In this document: piece by piece, positions 1 to 8,882 of the stretch
Numbering within the stretch: position 1 is the stretch's first letter
Layout of the letters: each line of letters begins with the position of its first letter
Origin: Basidiobolus meristosporus CBS 931.73
Taxonomy: Eukaryota; Fungi; Basidiobolomycota
Reading direction: 5' to 3'
Assembly (NCBI GenBank): GCA_002104905.1
Contig: MCFE01000188.1
Span: 1 to 64,000 of the forward strand
Length of the DNA stretch: 64,000 nucleotides
The notes under the pieces: generated by a model
What the model saw: only the letters and a program-made list of their open reading frames with translations
The model's database searches: none
What the model was told of the DNA's origin: nothing
Made by a program: the position numbers and the translations under genes

Positions 1-2395
1 AGCGATCGTGCCAATGCACTGAGGGTAGGAGTGCTGAACAAATGGCGAATGGTGAGAGTCAGACCAACGCATCGCAAGCGCTCAATTAGCTGAACCGCAA
101 GCAGGGAGTGGCCGCCCAGCGAAAAGAAATTGTCATGCCGGCTTACTACATCAAGATGCAAGAGCTCGGACCATATCCTCGCCATAGTAGTTTCGACCTC
201 ACCATGCGGTTCCTCGTGGAAATGGTGGGCAAATGCTTCATTATCAGGTGCAGGGAGAGCCTTACGATCGAGTTTGCCATTCGAGTTGAGTGGAAGAGAA
301 TCGAGTCGGACAAATGCGGCTGGAACCATGTAATCCGGTAGACACAATCTGAGGTAAGAACGCAGAGTGTGGACGAGCTGATCATGGTGCTTAGCAACAA
401 CATAGGCCACAAGTTTCCTGGCGCTTTCTTCGCCCATCGCAATCACAGCCGCCAAATGAACTAGCATATGCTCAGTGAGTCGGGCCTCAATCTCACCTAG
501 CTCAATCCGGAATCCTCGAATCTTCACTTGATGGTCGTTGCGACCTAGGAAAACAATGTTGCCATCGGCAAGGTACCTCGCTTGATCGCCCGTCTTGTAC
601 ATTCTCGCGTCTTGCTCACCTGAAAATGGATCCCGGAGGAACACCTGGGCGGTCAGATCGGGCCGATTCAGGTATCCCCTTGCTACCCCTGCTCCGCCGA
701 TGTACAACTCTCCAGTCGCTCCTAGGGGAACTAGTTGTCGATGCTCGTCGAGGATGTAAATACACTTGCTGGCTATGGGGCGACCAATTGGTACTACGTC
801 TCCGCTGAAGCCCAAGACTGGCACCGCTGCATAGAGTCGAGAATGTATCCATGACACACCCGTCAAAGGCGAATGAAAAGAACTGCAGGACGTGCGGATC
901 CCGTAGACAAGGTTGGACAAGCCTCTATGCTCCACCATCACACCCTTGGGCTTCCCTGTAGATCCGGAAGTGTAGATGATGTAGGCCAAATTGGATGAGG
1001 TCAACCCTGCCACCTGCGGGTTGGTGAGTGAATTGACCGATTTACCACCACTGAAGTGTGATTCATAAGAGCTAGCTGTTAGCTTCAATGTAAGATGACA
1101 AGATAGCTTTGTAAATCATGCTTACCTGTTTGAGCGCGGTTCTGCCGCCAACTTGTTTGGACCCCCTCTCCTAGCGCTTGTTGTCCCAGGGTATCTGCAA
1201 CGACAATGTGTGGACTAGAGTCCAGCAAGATGTCCCTTAGTCGATCACTTGCATATGATGGATCGGGTGGGATATAGGCTTTGCCTGCCTTGAGGATAGC
1301 GAGTACTCCTGCGACCATGGCAACTGAGCGTTCGGCGCAGATAGCCACAACACTCTCAGGCTGAACACCCAATATGATGAGCTGGTAAGCCAGTCTGTTT
1401 GCTAGCTCATTCAACTCAGCATATGTCAGTGATTGGCCGTCAAATACCAAAGCGGTGGCCTGTGGAGTGCGCTCGACCTGTTGCTCAAAGAGATGATGGA
1501 TGCACAGCTCCAATGGATAGTCCTGTTGAGTGTCATTCCACTCTCCAAGCACAAGCTCTCGCTCAGCGGGTGACAGCAGGTCTACCGACATTGCAAGTCG
1601 ATCTACGTCCACCAACATTTCCCGAAGCATCGAGCATAGGTACCCTACATGTCGCACCACCGTCACGCGATCAAAGAGAGCTGTCGAGTACGACATGCTT
1701 CCCATGACCCCATCCTCCAACTCAAATAGCCCTAGCGTCAAGTCAAACTTCGCAACATCGTAGCCTGTATCGACATTTGTTATCTCAAGCCCAGGCAGTT
1801 GCAAGTCTGTCATCTCATTGTTCTGCAACACGAACATCACTTGGAACAGTGGGGTGTGGCTGAGGCTTTGTGGCAGCTGCACAATGTCAACAACCTGTTC
1901 GAACGGCAGATCCTGGTGATTCTGAGCATCAAGAGACGTCTTTTGCACTCTTTCAAGAAGCTGGCGCATTGTTGGGCTTCCTGTTAGGTCAATTCGTAGT
2001 GCTAGTGTGTTGACAAAGAATCCAATCAGGTGATTGCGGTTGGCCGAGGGTGATCCAATGATAATGTCATCCTGTCCTGACATCCGCGACAGAACACAAC
2101 TCCAAGCAGTGAGGATGGTCATGTACAATGTCACTCCAAGCTTTTGACACAGCTGTTTGAGTTCTCGTGTAAGATGTGAATCCAGATGGATGGATACACT
2201 ATCCCCTGCAAATGACTGCTGAGGCGGTCACGGTTGGTTCGTAGGTTGAGGAGGATATGAGCATTTGCCATGACTGTCTTCCAGTATGTTGTGTGAGTCT
2301 TAAGCTGATTTCCACTAAGCCACTGCTTCTGCTACGCAGCGTAGTCAGGATACTGAACAGTCACAGGAGGTAGTGGATCATGGGCAACAATGAAA
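1..2395 (-). pseudogene. NRPS pseudogene fragment: one C-A-T module of bacterial-like sequence type, running off the left edge of the window
   Basis: Minus-strand translation across frames gives C-domain motifs (QYPDYAA*QKQW; IIGSPSANR..LIGFFVNTLALR; HQDLPFEQVV; AKFDLTL). A-domain motifs: [86 protein letters not shown] motif: [13 protein letters not shown]. Lesions are a TGG>TAG stop near 2338, several frameshifts (about 2225, 1160, 905, 630) and loss of the A5 region near 810. One GTAAGC..GCTAAC..CAG intron lies at 1051-1125. Confidence 0.93.
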
Positions 2396-2679
2396 ACATG
2401 ATTGTTTTTGCCAATATGTACTGTTAGTGTAGTAATAACATTGAGGTATCTAATAAGGTTGATTGCGTCTCAAATGAACTGCTCCTTGAGTTATATACGT
2501 GCAACGCACTCTTGGGATGATTCATTCTACATTTTATGACTCACCAATATTTTGAAACTAATAAAGTTTGCAATATGCAATAAGTAGCATATCATCTTCA
2601 TCACCGCTTCAACTTATTACTGTTAACTTTACTTTGATTTCAACTCCTACACCTACACCTACTCTATATCCAAATATCT

Positions 2680-4257
2680 TTGATGAATATTCCTCCTGAT
2701 AAGATCCCTAACCCACTGCCAACATCTCGACCCAGGGGATGGTACTGGCAAACAGAACCAAGCAAAACTGTCCTATCTGTATTTGAATCCAACAAATCTA
2801 GGGCAATATGTCCTAAATGCTGCCTACATCTCGGATTTACAAAGGACTCCAATGGTAGTGGCAATGCTACCTATGGATGTTTCAAGTGTAAAGGTTGCGC
2901 TACTAAGTTTAAGGCCAAGATCTTTTGGACAGAGTGCATGCATTTACCTGCAGACAAACTGCCTTTGAGTATACCTGATCCTACAATTACTCCACCTGCG
3001 CAGTCCAGTACACTCAGCAACCTCTCCTTATTCTTTGGAAAGGCTACCGATGTAAGCATGTCATTGGATAATGAAGACCAAGGCTGCCCTACCTCACCTG
3101 TGCCCTCTCATAGCAGTATGGACACTACTGTCAATCTTCCGGTGTACCAATCCTCACTGGAGCACTTGGATGGTGCTGCTAGCCTGTCACCCTGCTCAAC
3201 AACACAAACATGCTCATCTCTAAGACTCCAAGCCCTCAAGAAACGTAGAAGATCTTGCTCACCCCAGCAGAGATTGAGAAATGCCACTGGTTGCTCACCA
3301 TTTGCCAGGGCCAAAATCAGATACCTGGAGAATGCTGTTAAGGCCATGAAGACTACAATGGCCCACTATGCACAAAAGGTTGACAGACTCACCATGCTGA
3401 TGGAAAACTTTCTCAGCACTCAAAGCAACTCAAGCAACACACAACCAAGCCAACCCAATAAAGCTCCAGTTGCAAATGCACCTGTGCAAGTACTAGCAGA
3501 CCCTTCTTCAAGCAGTATAACATCTATTGCTTCCCCTTCAGCTGTTGTGCAACCCCAGCCCCTCTCAGCTACTCCCCATTCCTCTTCAGTGTCCAGCCCA
3601 AAGCCTACCTTTGCTGAAATAGCAAAGAGACATGCAAAGACTGGTACAAAGGAGGAGGTAGACAGAATGATTGCAGCTATGAGGAAGTGTGTTGGAGCTA
3701 AGCCTCCCTATACCAGTACTCAGGCTGAGGCAAACCACAAGGTGTGTAGAGTATACCTCCAAGGTATCAGGAACCAGCCAATTAGGGAAGTCAAGTCTTT
3801 GCTCTTTGACCTTAGATTTCAGTTGTCTAAGATTTGGAGTATTGACTTCATTGGCAAAAACACAGTGGAGTTCACATTATCAGCTACATATGTGCACTCT
3901 TTTGTGTCTAAAGTAAAGATATTCCCATTCTTGACTTTACTTCCAAGGGTGAATCCTATCAAGCCCTTGGACCAGAATGCTTCACCTAATGTTGCAGCAC
4001 AAGTAAAGGCTGCATACACTAGGAGAATTAGTAATTCCTACTGCCTCTCAAGGAACCCCCTGTATAAGTCCTACTTGGCTGACTTGGCCAAAGAATGTGG
4101 TATTGCCCTGGTATGTGAGGAGCCTGCAAGTAACATCTCTGCTACTAAATGTCCCCCTAACCCAGATGAGATAGTCATAGAAGAGCCTATGCTAGGCATT
4201 GACACCTCTTCTGCCTCAGCTAGTACCTCCAAGTGTGCTCCCCAGAAATGCCAATGA
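2680..4257 (+). CDS. LINE ORF1 protein (525 aa)
   Basis: Open ORF directly upstream of the RT ORF. It has an N-terminal Cys cluster (CPKC..CFKCKGC), a coiled-coil-like segment, a Ser/Pro-rich linker and a C-terminal RRM-like block (RVYLQGIRNQPIREVK..SIDFIGKNTVEF). Confidence 0.8.
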   Translation: MMNIPPDKIPNPLPTSRPRGWYWQTEPSKTVLSVFESNKSRAICPKCCLHLGFTKDSNGSGNATYGCFKCKGCATKFKAKIFWTECMHLPADKLPLSIPDPTITPPAQSSTLSNLSLFFGKATDVSMSLDNEDQGCPTSPVPSHSSMDTTVNLPVYQSSLEHLDGAASLSPCSTTQTCSSLRLQALKKRRRSCSPQQRLRNATGCSPFARAKIRYLENAVKAMKTTMAHYAQKVDRLTMLMENFLSTQSNSSNTQPSQPNKAPVANAPVQVLADPSSSSITSIASPSAVVQPQPLSATPHSSSVSSPKPTFAEIAKRHAKTGTKEEVDRMIAAMRKCVGAKPPYTSTQAEANHKVCRVYLQGIRNQPIREVKSLLFDLRFQLSKIWSIDFIGKNTVEFTLSATYVHSFVSKVKIFPFLTLLPRVNPIKPLDQNASPNVAAQVKAAYTRRISNSYCLSRNPLYKSYLADLAKECGIALVCEEPASNISATKCPPNPDEIVIEEPMLGIDTSSASASTSKCAPQKCQ

Positions 4258-7247
4258 CTAATTGCTCTTCTATGAAAATTGGTTTCTGGAATTGCCAGGG
4301 TCTAAGTATTCACAAATGGACACAAGTATTGGACTTTATCAACAAGCCTTTTGATTTGATATTTCTTGCTGAAACCTGGTTTGTAGACCAGGCTTTACAT
4401 ACATCTCACCCCTCATATCTCACTACTTCTAAAAGAACCTACCCTAAACCTAAGACAGGCCATGAGAAGGCTGGCCTCCTCTGCTTAATATCACCAAACT
4501 TGAGACCTTATGTGTCAAAGGTTGTCTCCACAGATCATACTCTCTCTATCACTTTGCTCTCTACCACTATCATGGCTGTTTACTTTCCTCCAAGTATGAC
4601 ATGCACCACAGTGGCCTCATATCTACCACTTCAGGCTCCAGCCCTGCTACTTGGTGACATCAACACTCACTTTGGTAGCAACTTTGGCTCCTCAAGAATT
4701 GGTCCAAAATCCAGAATTGACCTTTTTGAGAGCTTTACCTTGAAGCTAGGACTTGATCATCTTGTCCCTAACCCATCAGGAAACACACCAGACCATGCCT
4801 TTGTTAGGTATGACCACACTGCCCAATGGACCTGTTGCCATGATCTTGCCAAAAATCTCTCAGACCACCTCTTTATGATGGCTGAGCTCAGCTTCTTTGA
4901 TGCCAAGCAACTCACTTTTCCAGTCCATCTTTCTGACTCTTCAAAGTTTTATCTATATGGAATAGATAAGCAAGTAACTCAGAGCCTCTTGAACTCTGCA
5001 TATTCACAACATTCCACCTCTCTTCTCAGTGTGAAAGCACACCTTGCCTCTTTGTCCTCTGATATGCCTATCAGAAGACTCTCTGCAGCTGTGGATGCTG
5101 CATTCACTATGTTCTACTCTCTTCTAATCTCAATATGTGAGACCTGCCTTGGGAGCTACTCTGTTCAGGCAGCTAAGTCCAGACCAAACAGAGGTGCTAG
5201 TAATGTGCTCAATCAGCTCAACAACACCTCTGCTGCCAGCAAAGCTTCATTACTTTTCAAGCAAGCTCTGAAGTTCTGTAATGTGGATACTGCCATAAGC
5301 TCAAGGGATCCAAGTGTCTCTGCTTTGGATGATGCCTCCCTTTATTTTCAAGAAGTCTTTGCTACCCCTGCTGTTGAACTCCTGCTGCATGGTCATGCAC
5401 CTGGTTTTGGCACTCCCTTTACAGACTCAATAGCTGAGACTGAGTGGTTCTCCACAAAGACTCTTCACAAGATAATCAGAAAATATCCTGCTTCAAAATC
5501 TTCAGGAATGGACCCATTACATATCAGGATTATTAAGGTCCTGGCATGCAACTCAAGCTTTCTAGATGATCTGAGATTCTTCTTTCAGAAATTTCTCATT
5601 CTGGGATGTACTCCCACCCAGTGGAACTTATCTCATATTCATCCAATTCCAAAGAAACTAGAGTCTTCTACAATTGATGGCTTTAGACCAGTGGCCTTGA
5701 CCTGCATGCTCAGAAGATTATTTGAAGCATGCTTACTTAAATACATCAACTCTACAGATGTATCTAGATTTCACCCTTCACAAGCAGGCTTCAGAAAAGG
5801 CTTTTCAACAGTAACCCATTCTGTTGTTTCCCATGATGGATTTTTCCTGGCTGAAGACTACAAGAGGCCTCACAGAGTCTTCATTGACCTAAAGCAAGCC
5901 TATGACAGAGTTATTGTACCAATACTCCTCAAAAAACTGGTAGTCTTGAAGGCCTCTGAGCAGCTCATCAGACTGGTACACTCCTTATTCACCTCATGCT
6001 ACTCCACAGTGAGTGTCAATCAGGTAGTGTCATCTCCCTTTCAAAGGCATAGGGGCCTCTTCCAAGGCTCTCTGCTCTCCCCATTCCTATTCAATGTTTA
6101 CATTGATGACTTGGCTGAGTCCTTGAATCAGACTGACTCACTCTCCCATATTCCCTCTGCCCTGCTGTTTGCAGATGACATAATGCTCCTCCCAAAGGAT
6201 AGAGAACATGCCAATCACATGCTGGAATGTCTTAGTGTTTGGTGCCACAACAATGGTATGCAGGTGAATGTTGCAAAATCTGCTTATGTTGGTCCCTCAG
6301 CACAATGGAGTCTTTGCTTAGATGGAGTAGCACTTCCTGCTCCCAGTTATTACAACTATCTAGGCCTACCTGTATGTAGCACTGGTGTTGATTGGCAACT
6401 TTATGTTGACAAATGTATATCAAAAGCTCTTGCACTACTGAGAACTTTGCAGGCAAAAGGTTCAAGATGGCCCCCCCTTGTTAGACTGCAATTATTCAAA
6501 TCCTTCCTAAGATCTTGCTGGGAGTACTCTGCCCCAATGATGCACTTCACTCTCAGCCCTGATATCTTGCACAGAATTGAACTAGTACAAAGGGAAAGCT
6601 TAGGCTGGGTAGTAAGTTCTTCTTTGTATCATACTAAACAGTACCATAGATTGATTCAAAGCTTGACTGGCATTGAATCAGTATCCCAGAGATTTGAGAC
6701 TTTAAGTATCAGGTTTGGCCAGCACTTTGCAAAGTCTAGCCCTGACAACCCATTGAGGGCTTTGGTAGATGCCATTGTAGGAAGAAGAATAGACACTACT
6801 CCAAACTCTTTAATCAAAAAAGGAGTACATTGCCCAGCTGGCTACAAACAATATGTACTAGCCAACAGCAGTGCACCTCCTGGTGGACAGATTCCCCTTT
6901 GGGTTGCAATGCATCAAAGGAGACTTCAGAATATATCACAAGTTACTACATCAAGGGATAGAATTAGGCTTATCAGAAAAGACAGTAGACACACACATAA
7001 TGGTGCTGATGTGTCATTGTACCTGAAGAGCACCTTCTATTCCCTCCAGGCTATAAGATGGAGGATGAATACCATATGTCTGGGCTCCAAGTGCCCAATC
7101 TGCAAGCAGCCCTTCTACTATACTCATGCTGAAAGATGCTTTGAATTCAAGGATACTGAAGCACTCTTCCAGTTTCATACTCAGAGAGCTTTGGTCAGAA
7201 GATTAAATTGCATAATAGCTGCAATTAGACCTGAGCTTCTGCCATGA
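4254..7247 (+). CDS. LINE ORF2: AP-endonuclease + reverse transcriptase + C-terminal Zn knuckle
   Basis: Endonuclease motifs: IGFWNCQGL, FLAETW, LLGDINTH, TPDHAF, SDH. RT motifs: FRPVAL, QAGFRKG, FIDLKQAYDRV, GLFQGSLLSPFLF, LFADDI, YLG. C-terminus CPICKQPFYYTHAERC. The ATG at 4254 overlaps the ORF1 stop (ATGA). Confidence 0.95.
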   Translation: MTNCSSMKIGFWNCQGLSIHKWTQVLDFINKPFDLIFLAETWFVDQALHTSHPSYLTTSKRTYPKPKTGHEKAGLLCLISPNLRPYVSKVVSTDHTLSITLLSTTIMAVYFPPSMTCTTVASYLPLQAPALLLGDINTHFGSNFGSSRIGPKSRIDLFESFTLKLGLDHLVPNPSGNTPDHAFVRYDHTAQWTCCHDLAKNLSDHLFMMAELSFFDAKQLTFPVHLSDSSKFYLYGIDKQVTQSLLNSAYSQHSTSLLSVKAHLASLSSDMPIRRLSAAVDAAFTMFYSLLISICETCLGSYSVQAAKSRPNRGASNVLNQLNNTSAASKASLLFKQALKFCNVDTAISSRDPSVSALDDASLYFQEVFATPAVELLLHGHAPGFGTPFTDSIAETEWFSTKTLHKIIRKYPASKSSGMDPLHIRIIKVLACNSSFLDDLRFFFQKFLILGCTPTQWNLSHIHPIPKKLESSTIDGFRPVALTCMLRRLFEACLLKYINSTDVSRFHPSQAGFRKGFSTVTHSVVSHDGFFLAEDYKRPHRVFIDLKQAYDRVIVPILLKKLVVLKASEQLIRLVHSLFTSCYSTVSVNQVVSSPFQRHRGLFQGSLLSPFLFNVYIDDLAESLNQTDSLSHIPSALLFADDIMLLPKDREHANHMLECLSVWCHNNGMQVNVAKSAYVGPSAQWSLCLDGVALPAPSYYNYLGLPVCSTGVDWQLYVDKCISKALALLRTLQAKGSRWPPLVRLQLFKSFLRSCWEYSAPMMHFTLSPDILHRIELVQRESLGWVVSSSLYHTKQYHRLIQSLTGIESVSQRFETLSIRFGQHFAKSSPDNPLRALVDAIVGRRIDTTPNSLIKKGVHCPAGYKQYVLANSSAPPGGQIPLWVAMHQRRLQNISQVTTSRDRIRLIRKDSRHTHNGADVSLYLKSTFYSLQAIRWRMNTICLGSKCPICKQPFYYTHAERCFEFKDTEALFQFHTQRALVRRLNCIIAAIRPELLP

Positions 7248-7443
7248 AAGATCTGTACCACTAACACAAATGATTACCAGCTACTATGAGATTACCATAG
7301 CCCTTTCATGTTCAAACCACTTTGACATAATTTTCACACTCTGAACACTCCCAGCTATCCCTCTTGCTTACACAGGCTTCACATCAGCTGGTATTGGCTC
7401 CTTTAGCATGTATGTTCCATTACAATACTCATTATCCCAATAA

Positions 7444-7815
7444 AGCACTAGAACCCTAACCATAACCCTAACCCACACAACACCTGGCTCCTGCTGGAGA
7501 ACTATACTTGGAGATCCTGAAGTCAAGAAGTATGCTCATTATATTCTGCAGTCAGAAAAACCCAAGCTGGCCTACCTGAAGTACTTGACAGACCTTTGGC
7601 AGCAATATCTGCAGCAGCACACTCCCTTTATGATGAATATCAATCCTTATCACATTCCCCTCATTAATGTTGTTCACAAGTCATTCTTACCTCTCTTGCT
7701 ACCCCCCTTCCCACTGAACAGTGTCTTGAGCACTGAAGAACTATCATCACTTCTTATTAACTTACCTACAAATTCCCCTCAGCTACACACTCTTGTATCA
7801 AAGCTACAACAGTAG
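7444..7815 (+). other. 5'-truncated unidentified ORF remnant, probably TE-derived
   Basis: An open frame without a start codon (..GSCWRTILGDPEVKKYAHYILQSEKPKLAYLKYLTDLWQQ..VSKLQQ*). It is CpG-free and followed by AATAAA near 7839. No family recognised. Confidence 0.3.
7452..7474 (+). repeat. Short degenerate telomere-like tract (ACCCTA ACCATA ACCCTA ACCC) at the LINE 3' end
   Basis: Read directly: gaaccctaaccataaccctaaccc, about 8 nt after AATAAA. Confidence 0.6.
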
Positions 7816-8503
7816 CGCTGGCTTCTTTGTTTCAACTGAAATAAAGAATTCACCTGTTGGTGACTGTCTCCCCCCCCCCTAAACCCCCTGCTTTTTTATT
7901 CTCTATGGGACTGCGTCCCCTAGACCCCCTGCTCTTCTCACCTTTTCCTGGCCCTTACTACAACACCTACACCCTAACCAAGAGCACTTAGCCTTGTGGT
8001 TATCCCTAACCCTTCCATACTCATGATTGTGGGTTCAAATCCTGGATCTAGCAAAATTTGATCAATAAATTGATGTGTGCTCTTTGGGAGATGGCTTGAT
8101 CCACCATTGGGCAAAGTAAAGGCTCTGATTGGCTGAAATCCTTGAAATGCTAATTGGCCAGATTTTGCTAGTAAATATGGCCAGTGATCACCCAGAGATT
8201 CCTCTCAGTTCCCCCAGTCCACTGGCCATTCCGGCCACAATCCAGCTACTGCCAACCAATATAACTTAGCTCAGATATATTCAGATTCTCACTTCTCAGG
8301 CCTGGCTTTCCAGGTAACCTCTTTACACCTAGCTAACTAGGAAATATAGTACCACTCAGCTTCTCAACTCTCAGACCTGGCTTACTAGGAAGATATCTCT
8401 CAGACCTAGCTTTCTAGGAATAACTTCAGATCAACATGGCTTCTTTCAATACCTGTCATAAGTAAGTAAAGATTTCACCACTTGGTGACTTTCCTCCCCC
8501 TTA

Positions 8504-8780
8504 GGTTGACAAGCACCTTCCCCCTCCACCCAAAAATGAGAAACTAACGGGACAAAAGTGGAAACCAGGCAATAAAGTGTGGTACAACCAAACTGTTGCA
8601 GGCCTCAAGTTTTGCTCACAATTTACGCCCCAATGGATTGGCCCTTGCACTGTTATTAGTTCAGACCACGGGCCAAAGTACACCATCACCCTGAACAATA
8701 ACACAATCTGCAATGTAGCACCAGCCCATCTGAAACTGTTTCATGATGATCCACTGATCATCACTGAAACCAAAATGTGA
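8504..8780 (+). mobile_element. Ty3/Gypsy integrase C-terminal (GPF/Y, SH3-like) fragment
   Basis: WKPGNKVWY..KFCSQFTPQWIGPCTV..KYTI..NVAPAHLKLF matches the W.GP..V...Y.I...hLK.F module. Confidence 0.7.
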
Positions 8781-8882
8781 ATATACAATTATCAGCACAA
8801 GGATAGAGGAAGACACAGGATACATACAAAGTTTTTTAGATATTTTAGTTGATATAGGTACAAATGATATGCGTGAGGAAGT

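Larger units (their letters stand above)
2455..7475 (+). mobile_element. Full-length non-LTR retrotransposon (LINE) with two intact ORFs; outer boundaries approximate
   Basis: ORF1 and an APE-RT ORF2, followed by a 3' UTR with AATAAA (7439-7444) and a short (TAACCC)-like tract. No TSD could be identified. Confidence 0.9.
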
